Shown piece by piece: positions 29,338 through 38,298 of a stretch of DNA of 53,835 nt; the first letter of the stretch is position 1, and every line of letters starts with the position of its first letter. The notes beneath the pieces were generated by a model. It did not search any database. It saw only the letters and a program-made list of their open reading frames with translations, and had not been told where the DNA came from. The stretch covers positions 1 to 53,835 of the forward strand of contig JBPCQO010000202.1 in the NCBI GenBank assembly GCA_050998035.1, written 5' to 3'. Source of the DNA: Gemmatimonadaceae bacterium (GTDB taxonomy: Bacteria; Gemmatimonadota; Gemmatimonadetes; Gemmatimonadales; Gemmatimonadaceae). Both the position numbers and the translations under genes were made by a program.

Positions 29338-29859
29338 TCAGTACGTCAGCTCGCCATCAACCAGTCTCGCCACTGGCGTGTACGGATGCTCCTTCGGTTC
29401 GGCCGGCCCGAGTATGTGGAGAACGGTCCATCCTCGCGCCTTGAAATAGTCCGATATCATGGATCGATGACACCGCCACCACACGCCTTCGGCGCACATC
29501 ATCGCCACCCTGTCCACATGTGCTAGCGCCATGAGATCTGCCGCGGCGGCCTCGAACTCAGCGGTGTCCATGTAGTCGGCGTAACCGCGAAAGGCTTCGT
29601 TGCGCCATACCGAGTGGGGTGAATCTGGAAGCGGCTTGCGCCGACCGCCCAGCGACGGCATCGATGTGTAGCCTATGCCAACCTCACCCAGTACGCGCTC
29701 CATTGAATCGGGAGCGAAGTGCGGATATTTCCGGGACCCGGCAAAGCGGCGAACGTCGGCGACTCGCGTGATGCCGTGGGTCTGCAAGATGCTCACGAAC
29801 TCATCCATGGGGTGCGTGGAATGACCAATCGTCCAGACCGTTCCCGCACCATCACTCAT
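29338..29859 (-). CDS. DUF488 domain-containing protein
   Basis: VWTIGHSTHPMDEFVSILQTHGITRVADVRRFAGSRKYPHF...CAEGVWWRCHR. The ATG overlaps the nadC stop (ATGA). Confidence 0.8.
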   Translation of the reverse strand: MSDGAGTVWTIGHSTHPMDEFVSILQTHGITRVADVRRFAGSRKYPHFAPDSMERVLGEVGIGYTSMPSLGGRRKPLPDSPHSVWRNEAFRGYADYMDTAEFEAAAADLMALAHVDRVAMMCAEGVWWRCHRSMISDYFKARGWTVLHILGPAEPKEHPYTPVARLVDGELTY

Positions 29860-30836
29860 GTCTCGAAGTCCAGCGCCAGATCGAGGGATGGCGGTGAATG
29901 CGTCAACGCACCCACCGATATCCAGTCCACGCCCGTCTCCGCAATACCGCGCACCGTCTGTAAATTCACCCCGCCCGAGGCTTCCACAACGGCGCGGCCG
30001 CCGATCATCTGCACCGCCTCACGCATGTCGTGCAGCCCCATGTTGTCGAGCATGATGATGTCGGCACCCGCCTTCAACGCGGCAGCCACGTCGGCGATGT
30101 TCTCACACTCAACCTCCACACGCGTTCCGCTCGGAGCCACGGTCCTCGCGCGTTCAACAGCCAGCGCGATATTGTGATCCACCGCCGCCAGATGGTTGTC
30201 CTTGATCAGCACAGCGGCTGCCAGATCGGAGCGATGGTTCATGCCGCCACCGCAGCGCACTGCGTACTTTTCCAGCCGGCGCCACCCGGGCGTCGTTTTC
30301 CGCGTGTCCAGTATGCTGGCCCCGGTACCACGCACCGCGTTCACATACTGCGCGGTGAAAGTCGCGATTCCGGACAGCCGCTGCATGAAGTTCAAAGCGA
30401 CGCGCTCCGCGCTGAGCAGAGCGGTCGCTTCGCCCGTGATGGCGAGCACGGTGTGACCACGGTCGACCGCGCGACCATCCGGTGCATCGATACGGATCGC
30501 CACCGAGCTGTCGCGCTGCCTGAACGCCTCCATCGCGAGCACGCTGCCACATACCACTCCCGAGCGCCTCGCCACGAGCACGGCGCGCGCCTGCGTGCCT
30601 TGTAAGATCGTAGCGCGAGTGGTGATGTCATCGTCAGCCCGATCCTCCTCCAACGCGTCACCCACCACGCGTTGCCGCTCCATGTCGCTCAACGGGAGCG
30701 TCAGCGGCCCATCAGGAGTGAAGCCACGCTCCGCCAGGTGTGCGGCTGAAGGTGCAGGTAGAGGGGCAGGTAAAGGCACCGCGCCTCGCTGCGCCGAAGC
30801 TTCGGTATTGCCGCCATCGGCACTCTGATCGCTCAT
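29856..30836 (-). CDS. nadC: Nicotinate-nucleotide diphosphorylase (carboxylating)
   Basis: TRKTTPGWRRLEKYAVRCGGGMNHR, LIKDNH and MLDNM fit NadC. Start MSDQSADGG (ATG at 30836) overlaps the nadA stop (ATGA). The N-terminal lead-in is unusually long at about 60 aa. Confidence 0.9.
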   Translation of the reverse strand: MSDQSADGGNTEASAQRGAVPLPAPLPAPSAAHLAERGFTPDGPLTLPLSDMERQRVVGDALEEDRADDDITTRATILQGTQARAVLVARRSGVVCGSVLAMEAFRQRDSSVAIRIDAPDGRAVDRGHTVLAITGEATALLSAERVALNFMQRLSGIATFTAQYVNAVRGTGASILDTRKTTPGWRRLEKYAVRCGGGMNHRSDLAAAVLIKDNHLAAVDHNIALAVERARTVAPSGTRVEVECENIADVAAALKAGADIIMLDNMGLHDMREAVQMIGGRAVVEASGGVNLQTVRGIAETGVDWISVGALTHSPPSLDLALDFET

Positions 30837-31894
30837 TCTCCGGGATCCTCCGCCGTTGACGGGTCGAGAGACAACGGCGTCGTGTTGCCACCGCCGACGG
30901 CCACCATTCGCTCGATGGCCAGACGCGCTCTGGCAGCAATCGCAGGCGCAACAGTTACGGGGTACTGCATTTTCTCGAGAGCACGCAGCACCTTTGGCAA
31001 CGTGGTGACTTTCATGTAAGCGCACACCGCGCGATCGTTGGCCGGAATGAAGCGTTTGGTCGGATTGTCGCGCCGGAGCCGGTGCAGAATACCAACTTCG
31101 GTCGCGACGATGAATTCGTCCGCGTCAGAGATCGACGGCCGTCTGATCATCCCTTCGGTGGAAAGGATCTGAACTCCAGCCGGATCAATTGCACCTGCCG
31201 ATACCGCTTCCACCGCGCTCGTGGCGCAGCCACATTCTGGGTGGATCAGAAACTCCGCATTAGGATGCGCGGCACGCTGGAGCGTGATGTGCTCCGGATC
31301 GATCCCGGCATGCACATGACATTCACCCATCCACACGTGGATGTTCTCGCGCCCCGTCACACGACGCACGTGCGCACCAAGAAACATGTCGGGAAGAAAG
31401 AGAATCTCACGATCCGCCGGAACGGAGTTCACTATCTCCACCGCATTTCCCGACGTGCAGCAGTAATCGCTCTCACCCTTTACTTCCGCCGTCGTATTCA
31501 CGTAGCTAACGACGATGGCACCAGGATGCTCTGCCTTCCACTCGCGAAGCTGCGCCGCATCGATGGTTGACGCCAGTGAGCACCCGGCCGCCATGTCTGG
31601 CAGAAGAACCGTTTTCCCAGGCGACAGGATCGCCGCTGTTTCCGCCATGAAGTGCACGCCACAGAACACGATCACCTGCGCGCTCGTGCTCGCCGCTTCA
31701 CGACTCAGGCCGAGCGAGTCACCAACGAAATCTGCAACGTCCTGCACCTCCGGACGCTCATAGTTGTGTGCGAGTATCACTGCGTCTCGCTCACGCGCTA
31801 ACGACCTGATGCGGTCCTGGAGCGCAGCCGTGCTATCGGAATGGGCTATTGTTTCAAGCATTGTAGTAAAAGAATCGGGGACGGAGAGAATCAC
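30833..31894 (-). CDS. nadA: Quinolinate synthase
   Basis: ILAHNYERPEVQDVADFVGDSL, VHFMAE, YVNTTAEVK and IHPEC fit NadA. GTG is at 31894; ATG 31861 is an alternative. Confidence 0.9.
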   Translation of the reverse strand: MILSVPDSFTTMLETIAHSDSTAALQDRIRSLARERDAVILAHNYERPEVQDVADFVGDSLGLSREAASTSAQVIVFCGVHFMAETAAILSPGKTVLLPDMAAGCSLASTIDAAQLREWKAEHPGAIVVSYVNTTAEVKGESDYCCTSGNAVEIVNSVPADREILFLPDMFLGAHVRRVTGRENIHVWMGECHVHAGIDPEHITLQRAAHPNAEFLIHPECGCATSAVEAVSAGAIDPAGVQILSTEGMIRRPSISDADEFIVATEVGILHRLRRDNPTKRFIPANDRAVCAYMKVTTLPKVLRALEKMQYPVTVAPAIAARARLAIERMVAVGGGNTTPLSLDPSTAEDPGE

Positions 31895-31897
31895 CGC

Positions 31898-33409
31898 TCA
31901 CCACTCAATATGTCGGTCTCGCCATTTTCTCTTCGGCCGCGGGAAGTCGCTCCTGTAGTGACCGCCACGACTCTCCTGCCGCATGAGTGCCGCTTCGGCA
32001 ATCAGCCGGGAAGTATCGATCATGTTTGCCTCTTCCGTGGCGCCGGCGGGGAGACGTCCCGCGATACCGTCCAGCAGCTCAAGGCATTCGCGCAGGCCGT
32101 CGGCGTTACGGTCTATCCCCGCATTTTCCCACACCACCCGCCTGATGTCATCAGCCGCGACCTGTGCCGCGCCGCGATCCATCAGCGGCGGTGCGGTCCA
32201 GTCGCTCCTCTCCGGCTCCCGCTCTAGCGGCCCAACACTTACCATGTCCAGTGCCACACGCTCGGCGAACACCAGCCCCTCCAGTAGTGAGTTGGACGCA
32301 AGCCGATTGGCGCCGTGCACTCCGGTACTGGCGACCTCGCCACACGCGTACAGCCGCGGGATGCTTGCACGTCCAGCGAGATCCGTCACTATCCCACCCA
32401 TCATGTAGTGCGCGGCCGGCGTCACCGGAATCAGATCAGTCTGTGGATCGATCCCTCGTGCGCGGCACAGCGCGTATATCCCGGGGAAGCGCTCGACGAA
32501 CGGGCGGCCGAGCCGGCGCGCATCGAGGAACACACGACGCCCCTCGCGCTGCTCCCGGAAGATGGCACGGGCCACGATGTCGCGCGGTGCCAGCTCGGCC
32601 AGCTTGTGCAGCTTCAGCATGAACCGGTCGCCGCGCTCGTTGACCAGCACCGCACCTTCACCCCGGACCGCCTCGGAGATGAGGGCCAGCGGGTTCTCCG
32701 GCGTGTCCAGCGCGGTGGGATGAAACTGCACGAACTCCATGTCGGCCAGCTTCACCCCCGCACGGTGCGCAATCGCGTATCCGTCTCCAGTCGCTACCAC
32801 TGGATTGGTGGTGTAGCGGTACACCTGCCCACACCCGCCGGTCGCGAGCACGGTGACATCGGCGATGAACTCCGTTGGTCGTCCGGAAACGGTCGCGCAC
32901 ACTCCCACGCACTCGCCGTTGTCCACCAACAGGTCGAGCACTCGCGTTTTCTCCGACACCCGGATGGCCGGAGTCTCACGCACACGCTCGATTAGCGTGC
33001 GCGCCACCTCCGCCCCCGTCTGATCGCCCTGCGCGTGCACTATGCGCCGGCGCGAATGCGCAGCCTCGCGCCCGAGCATGAGTTTCCCCTTAAGGTCGCG
33101 ATCGAAGTGTGCACCAGCGGTGACGAGTTCACGCACGCGGGCCGGTCCTTCCTCCACCAACACCTCCACCGCGGCGGCGTCGCACAGAGCTGCGCCAGCG
33201 GCCAGCGTGTCGCGCCGGTGCAACTCGGGAGAATCACCAGCGCCCAGCGCCGCGGCAATTCCGCCCTGCGCGTAAGCGGTTGCACTGTCGAAGAGCGTGC
33301 GCTTGGTGAGGACAGTCACATCCCCCGCAACGGACCCTCGCCACGCTGTATGTAGTCCTGCAACGCCGCTCCCGACCACCAGGAACCGGGTGCGAATGCG
33401 CTCTGGCAT
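31898..33409 (-). CDS. nadB: L-aspartate oxidase
   Basis: VVGSGVAGL is the FAD fold. AQGGIAA, HPTAL, GGHYRSDFP and the nadBAC context also fit. Confidence 0.9.
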   Translation of the reverse strand: MPERIRTRFLVVGSGVAGLHTAWRGSVAGDVTVLTKRTLFDSATAYAQGGIAAALGAGDSPELHRRDTLAAGAALCDAAAVEVLVEEGPARVRELVTAGAHFDRDLKGKLMLGREAAHSRRRIVHAQGDQTGAEVARTLIERVRETPAIRVSEKTRVLDLLVDNGECVGVCATVSGRPTEFIADVTVLATGGCGQVYRYTTNPVVATGDGYAIAHRAGVKLADMEFVQFHPTALDTPENPLALISEAVRGEGAVLVNERGDRFMLKLHKLAELAPRDIVARAIFREQREGRRVFLDARRLGRPFVERFPGIYALCRARGIDPQTDLIPVTPAAHYMMGGIVTDLAGRASIPRLYACGEVASTGVHGANRLASNSLLEGLVFAERVALDMVSVGPLEREPERSDWTAPPLMDRGAAQVAADDIRRVVWENAGIDRNADGLRECLELLDGIAGRLPAGATEEANMIDTSRLIAEAALMRQESRGGHYRSDFPRPKRKWRDRHIEW

Positions 33410-33459
33410 GCGCGAAAGATAGTGCCTGCGCCGGTGCCCCGCCCGCGAGCCCGTAGCAA

Positions 33460-33515
33460 CGAGAGTGCACCACTACCGTACCGTGAGTGCACGGTGGCGG
33501 CAACGTGAGTGCACC
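33460..33515. promoter_or_regulatory. Three copies of a 12-mer CG(A/T)GAGTGCAC(C/G) spaced exactly 22 bp apart (candidate operator array)
   Basis: cgagagtgcacc at 33460-33471, cgtgagtgcacg at 33482-33493, cgtgagtgcacc at 33504-33515. The core GTGCAC is palindromic. The array lies in the divergent nadB / 916-aa gene spacer. Confidence 0.45.
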
Positions 33516-33611
33516 CTGACGGCAGCGAGGTGATGACAGCGGCGTGTTCGCGCTACGCCGCACCACCACCCGTTCAGCCTATCGTGGCGGCCCATCCCTC
33601 AGGAGCCGACC

Positions 33612-36362
33612 ATGTCCAAATGCCGAGTGCGCTTCCCGCGACTCGCCCTCATCGCCACGGTGGCGGTGTTGACCGCTGAAGCTGCGTGTCGAGACACACC
33701 CACAGCGCCTACCGCACACAATGTGAACGTGTCACCCGCGGTCAATACACCCGGAGATTCGGGTGCGCCGGAGATATCCTTCCTCGCTCCGCTCGGTCCG
33801 CGACGTGCCCCAAAAGGCGAGCTTGATACCACCCTGGCGCCGACGGTCACAATCTGCAGGCTCAACGGAGACAGTTGCACCTCTGACACCCTGGCACACT
33901 TCACCTCCGACCAAGGTGCCACAGCCGAACAGCGGGTGCGACTCACCGGCAAGGCGTATATCGCAACGTGGGATCTCTCCACAATCTCCGCCGACACGTC
34001 CGCGGCGTACCGCATTGTTGTGGCACTCGGTGATACAACCGTCGGCTACACCGACGCCAGAGTGGTACCGGCCGGCTACCGCCCTCCAGCGAGCGACACC
34101 GCGCGGTTTGCATTTCTGACGCCCCGACACGCGCTGAACATACAGTTCCAGATCTTCATGCCGCCCGAGCTGCTCACAGTGTTTGCCGAGCCGGGCGTGC
34201 ATGGGTCACTCGTCACCGGCAGCGCCGTGCATCGGCATGGTGAGCGCGTATCGTACCAGTTCGAGGCGGACTCGGGCTACACCAACGTGCTGGTCACGGT
34301 GGATCAGGAATATCTACCGCGGCGAGGCAGGATCACCATGAACCGCGCACACGTACTCGTTGCATCGGCGGATCGAGATGCATCGGTAGCGTATGGCGAT
34401 GAATGGATAGTCCGGGAAGGGCGCGCTCTGCTGCGCTCCGCCAGGCCAGTACAGGCAGCGCAGCAATTTCTCGACGACATCGCCGCTACACGAGACACAA
34501 CCAATCTCGTCGCGCGCCTCGCACGCGTGGAACGGGTCCTTGTCCAGGCCAACCCCGGGGCGCTGCGCTCGCTCGACCTCGCACTCGCCGGCCACTCCTT
34601 CTATGCCGGTAGCGGAATCGGAGTTGCCGCGCCGGTAGTTGCACCACCTCCGGGCAGCGGCGGTGGCATCGTGGCCGACAACCTTCTTCCCGGACCCGCG
34701 GCGCAACCCAGGCTGGTCCCCAGCCGAAGCGTGGGAATCATGACGAGGAGCCGCTATGAGCCGCTCACAATTGCGTACGTGAATGGAGTACTCACGTCGC
34801 CATATGGAGCGCTCTTCAACGCCGATGCTGTCGCGCGAATGGCACGGGCCAGCACCTGGAGTGTCGCGGTCCCTTTCGAGGTGAGACTCATCTACAACAG
34901 CACAGCCACCAGCGACGGAACCGATCCAAACGACCGCTGTGTGATCGAGTTGGCAAGGAACAGCCAGGGACTGGGCATCAATACGCTTCCACAATACGTC
35001 ACCGAGTGCGAGAAAGGAACGTCGCCCACGACCAACACATCCGATATGCTCGCAAAGCTCGCTGACTTCGCTGAAGCTGGGATCCAGCTCAGCAATATTA
35101 TCACCGGCTTGCCGCTTCCCCACCCGGCTGACGCGGACAGCGTTGCCGCCATCACCGCGCGTTGGATGGCTGCGGGACGTCACGTCGTCTTCGTGCCGCA
35201 CTCCCAGGGGAATCTGATGGTCCAGCAGGGCATCAACATTCTGGCGCGGAAAGGACTGTATCATCCGGCAACTGATACCACCTGCATCGGTGCCGTACCG
35301 CTCGCAGCCCCGACGAGCGCTAACTGGCCCATCAGCTCGCGTCACCTCACCGGAATAGTCGCGGCCCACGACGCGATTCTCGCACTGGGTAGCAACCACT
35401 TTCCCCAGGTGCGCACGCCACTCGGCGACTCCGCCGACAGCCAGCTTGGACAGTGGCGCCGGCTTAGCCAGGTACGCGGACTTGCCGGCGCGCTCACTAT
35501 TCGTTGGGCAGTACGCATCCACGAGCTCACAGGCGGCTACCTCAATCCGGAGCCGATCCGGACACGTATCCAGGAGGCGCTGGTCCACTCCTACAAGTCG
35601 TGCGCACTCGGCGAAATTACCGTGACACCACAGCGAATGGTCCTCCCCACCGGCGCTTCCCGTACTTTCTCTACCACGCTGCTGGACCTCAACGCCGATC
35701 CTCTGGATGGCAGCCGAGCGGTTACCTGGAAGGGCGATTCGGGCGACGATTTACAGCGAGCAGTGTCCGTACTTCCCGACGGGCGGGTGCGAGCGTTGTA
35801 TGTGGGCGGAACAGCTGCGCGCGCGAGCACGTCCACGGTAACCTCGACCGTCGCTGTGGAAGTTGAACCCGCTCCCCTGCCCGTGGTGGTGGCGGAGTCG
35901 TTGTCCGCCAGGTGGACACCGATTTCTGGAACGAGCGCCTCTTCGGTACCGGGAATACCCACTGGTCCGCCGCCCACGTTCCTGTCGGAGAGACCCGCAC
36001 CATGGAACGGCGACAACTGCATGGTACGACAGGAGATCACTCTCGAGCAGGGTCAGGTGAGTCTGGTCAGCAAAGTGTGTACGGCCAAGTACCGAGTGAC
36101 GGCGGAGCCGGTTACCAATGCAACGCGTTACGAAGCGACTTTCTTCGAGCTAAACCACACCAACCGGCTCTTTACCCTCGCTGCATCCACGCCAGTGCTC
36201 CGTGGTGAAATCTCAGGCCCCCCTGATTCACTCATTGGAGACCTACCGGGTCCAACGCTTCTGGATCGCGTGAACGTCACTGCAAGGGACAGCGCAGGTC
36301 ACCTGCTCAGCTCGGGTAGCGCGTGCGCGCACGGTTGCGCTGGCTGGCCAGGGTTTCCCTGA
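33612..36362 (+). CDS. Large secreted multidomain protein of unknown function (lipase-like HSQG motif plus Ig-like Big_2-type domain)
   Basis: MSKCRVRFPRLALIATVAVLTAEAAC is a signal peptide. VVFVPHSQGNLMVQQG is a GxSxG-like nucleophile elbow. ITVTPQRMVLPTGASRTFSTTLLDLNADPLDGSRAVTWKGDSG...RALYVGGTA is Big_2-like. Frame choice is supported by these features over the antisense 424-aa shadow ORF. Confidence 0.75.
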   Translation: MSKCRVRFPRLALIATVAVLTAEAACRDTPTAPTAHNVNVSPAVNTPGDSGAPEISFLAPLGPRRAPKGELDTTLAPTVTICRLNGDSCTSDTLAHFTSDQGATAEQRVRLTGKAYIATWDLSTISADTSAAYRIVVALGDTTVGYTDARVVPAGYRPPASDTARFAFLTPRHALNIQFQIFMPPELLTVFAEPGVHGSLVTGSAVHRHGERVSYQFEADSGYTNVLVTVDQEYLPRRGRITMNRAHVLVASADRDASVAYGDEWIVREGRALLRSARPVQAAQQFLDDIAATRDTTNLVARLARVERVLVQANPGALRSLDLALAGHSFYAGSGIGVAAPVVAPPPGSGGGIVADNLLPGPAAQPRLVPSRSVGIMTRSRYEPLTIAYVNGVLTSPYGALFNADAVARMARASTWSVAVPFEVRLIYNSTATSDGTDPNDRCVIELARNSQGLGINTLPQYVTECEKGTSPTTNTSDMLAKLADFAEAGIQLSNIITGLPLPHPADADSVAAITARWMAAGRHVVFVPHSQGNLMVQQGINILARKGLYHPATDTTCIGAVPLAAPTSANWPISSRHLTGIVAAHDAILALGSNHFPQVRTPLGDSADSQLGQWRRLSQVRGLAGALTIRWAVRIHELTGGYLNPEPIRTRIQEALVHSYKSCALGEITVTPQRMVLPTGASRTFSTTLLDLNADPLDGSRAVTWKGDSGDDLQRAVSVLPDGRVRALYVGGTAARASTSTVTSTVAVEVEPAPLPVVVAESLSARWTPISGTSASSVPGIPTGPPPTFLSERPAPWNGDNCMVRQEITLEQGQVSLVSKVCTAKYRVTAEPVTNATRYEATFFELNHTNRLFTLAASTPVLRGEISGPPDSLIGDLPGPTLLDRVNVTARDSAGHLLSSGSACAHGCAGWPGFP

Positions 36363-36390
36363 CGAACTGTAGCCAACTGTAGCCATCAGT

Positions 36391-36430
36391 ACGAGGTGAG
36401 TGGTACAGCATCACGCACCGCTCACCTCGT
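36391..36430. terminator. 14-bp-stem hairpin between convergent genes, overlapping the stop of the dehydratase gene
   Basis: acgaggtgagtggt (36391-36404) pairs with accgctcacctcgt (36417-36430) with one G-T wobble. No U-tract. It is preceded by a perfect 10-bp tandem aactgtagcc x2 (36365-36384). Confidence 0.3.
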
Positions 36431-36724
36431 CGCTGCGAACTCTATCTCGTTTGCCATGTTCAGATCCTTCTGCGTAACGCCACCCGCATCATGCGTCGTG
36501 AGCATGCAGCTGATCTTGGTATAGCGAATGTCGATATCAGGGTGGTGCTGCGCAGCCTCGGCGGCTTCTGCCACCCGGTCAACGAAGCCAATCGCGTCTG
36601 GAAAGCTGTCGAATTGAAATGTCTTGCTCAACATGTCGCCCTTGCGCGACCAGCCGGGTAACGAACCCAGCCCTCTCTGGATGGCAATGTCGGATAGACG
36701 CTCTGGACGTTCTTCGCTCTTCAT
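36422..36724 (-). CDS. phhB: 4a-hydroxytetrahydrobiopterin (pterin-4a-carbinolamine) dehydratase
   Basis: 100 aa. FPDAIGFVDRVAEAAEAAQHHPDIDIRYTKISCMLTTHDAGGVT. Confidence 0.85.
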   Translation of the reverse strand: MKSEERPERLSDIAIQRGLGSLPGWSRKGDMLSKTFQFDSFPDAIGFVDRVAEAAEAAQHHPDIDIRYTKISCMLTTHDAGGVTQKDLNMANEIEFAATR

Positions 36725-36790
36725 GGATTCAACCCCAAACGTGTGGATAAGCCCTTGCGCATGAAATCGGCCATTCCAGCGCGGACAGAA

Positions 36791-38206
36791 TCACTGCTGT
36801 CCGGAATTACCGGCGGCGTCCCAGACTGCGCCATCAGTCGTCCTTGCGACCTCGTGCAGCGACAACCGTCTTGCTAGCTCCGCGGGCGCGATGACATCGG
36901 GACTGTGTGCGTCGAAGCCAACCACGTAGCCCCCGTTGGCGCGCAACGCTTTCAGGAATCCAGCCATGTCACCGGGGTCGGAGCTATCTGGTAGCTGCCG
37001 AGCGATGCGCCCTGCGTGGAAGTACACCGCCGGTGGCCAGTTTGAATAAAGAATACGGCCGTTACCGTGTGCGCGGACCCACCCCACCAGCGGCGAGTTC
37101 CGCCACGAGCCCGAGGCGAAGTCGCTCCCTTCGGTGACCGCGTAAACCGCATCGTTCTCCGTCACGAGCGCGGCTGCCACCAGCCACACCGCGCCGAGCA
37201 GCCCGATCGCAAGCCGCATCGGCCGGTGGTAGGCGCGCCACCAGTACGCGATGCCGGTGACCGTCGCTATCTCAACCAACATCATGAGCGGGGCCAGGAT
37301 CCGCCCGTCGAAAGGGATCGTACCACCCACAAAAGTGCGTGAGCCCACGAGCATGGCGACATACCAGAACGAGAGCATCATCGCCGCTCCGATGAGCATC
37401 CCCACGCGTCCCTGGCGAAGCTGCCGGCGACGGCTGCCTGCTGTCTCGCGGACAGTGGCAGTGATGTACACAACGATCGCTACCGCCGCCAAGATGGCGA
37501 TGGCAATCTGCAGCGCTGAATTGTTCAGCCCTGGAGCCAGCCAGTTCAGCGCGGTGTCGCCAGCCTGGTGTACCGTGGTGCTCCACCCTCCGTAAACTGA
37601 AAGCTCCGGAGTGGCGTGTCTATCATGGGCGAGCGCTGTACGGAAGAGCCAGCCGGCAATCACTACCGCAGGCACCAGCGCGACCACCATGGCGCGACGA
37701 AAGCGGCGGCCGTAGTCGTATCGCTCATCCAATAGCGTCCACGTGACTACGGCCGCTGGAACGGCGGCACCGGCATAACGCACCATCACGGCTGCGGTGG
37801 CGAGGAGTCCCAGGAGCAGGAGACGGTCCCGAGCCACGGTCATAGCAGCCAGAGTACCCACGATCAACGCCAGAAAGACCGGCTCGCTCAGAACCGACAG
37901 GTGCACATCGAAGACGGATTGTGTGGCAAAAACGACGAGCGCCGCAACCGCACCGGCTCCGGTTCCTGCGGCGCTCCCCACTAGCAGTACGATCGTCGCA
38001 GCGGTGACGCTCGCGGCGACGATATTGACCCACCTGGCACTCTGAATCGGTGATGCTCCCGCCCAGATAGGGCCGGCCATCAGCATCGGGTACCCTGGCG
38101 GCCAGAGTGAGAGCGCGGAGGTGGAGTCAGGGCGGTTCCATACACCTGTAGGGACTCGCAACTCCCCGCGTCGAATGAGCGAGGTGGCTACCCCGATGTA
38201 GGCCAT
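36791..38206 (-). CDS. GT39/ArnT-like (PMT_2-type) integral membrane glycosyltransferase; true N-terminus probably extends to about 38302
   Basis: Polytopic membrane protein with WPPGYPMLMAG...ARWVNIVAASV. The coordinates give the first canonical ATG. The in-frame upstream stretch encodes (L)KLLIAGGAAVIAAALVFFSTRSPGPGLDPDG, i.e. the missing TM1 and DxD-type loop (see findings). Confidence 0.7.
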   Translation of the reverse strand: MAYIGVATSLIRRGELRVPTGVWNRPDSTSALSLWPPGYPMLMAGPIWAGASPIQSARWVNIVAASVTAATIVLLVGSAAGTGAGAVAALVVFATQSVFDVHLSVLSEPVFLALIVGTLAAMTVARDRLLLLGLLATAAVMVRYAGAAVPAAVVTWTLLDERYDYGRRFRRAMVVALVPAVVIAGWLFRTALAHDRHATPELSVYGGWSTTVHQAGDTALNWLAPGLNNSALQIAIAILAAVAIVVYITATVRETAGSRRRQLRQGRVGMLIGAAMMLSFWYVAMLVGSRTFVGGTIPFDGRILAPLMMLVEIATVTGIAYWWRAYHRPMRLAIGLLGAVWLVAAALVTENDAVYAVTEGSDFASGSWRNSPLVGWVRAHGNGRILYSNWPPAVYFHAGRIARQLPDSSDPGDMAGFLKALRANGGYVVGFDAHSPDVIAPAELARRLSLHEVARTTDGAVWDAAGNSGQQ

Positions 38207-38244
38207 CCCGTCCGGATCCAGTCCGGGCCCAGGTGATCGGGTAG

Positions 38245-38283
38245 AAAAAAAGACGAGGGCCGCGGCAATAACCGCGGCCCCTC
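38245..38283 (-). terminator. Terminator-like GC hairpin plus T7 run downstream of the Met-rich gene (also lies in the putative N-terminal coding extension of the GT39-like gene)
   Basis: Minus strand reads gaggggccgcgg-ttatt-gccgcggccctc-g-tcttttttt, read directly. The dual interpretation is discussed in findings. Confidence 0.4.
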
Positions 38284-38298
38284 CAGCAATCAGTAATT

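Noticed and set aside
36725-36800. Hairpin cggacag-N8-ctgtccg around the stop codon of the GT39-like gene, as a terminator
   Set aside because: The stem is only 7 bp, its loop contains the stop codon, and no U-tract follows on the minus strand. This is too weak to call.
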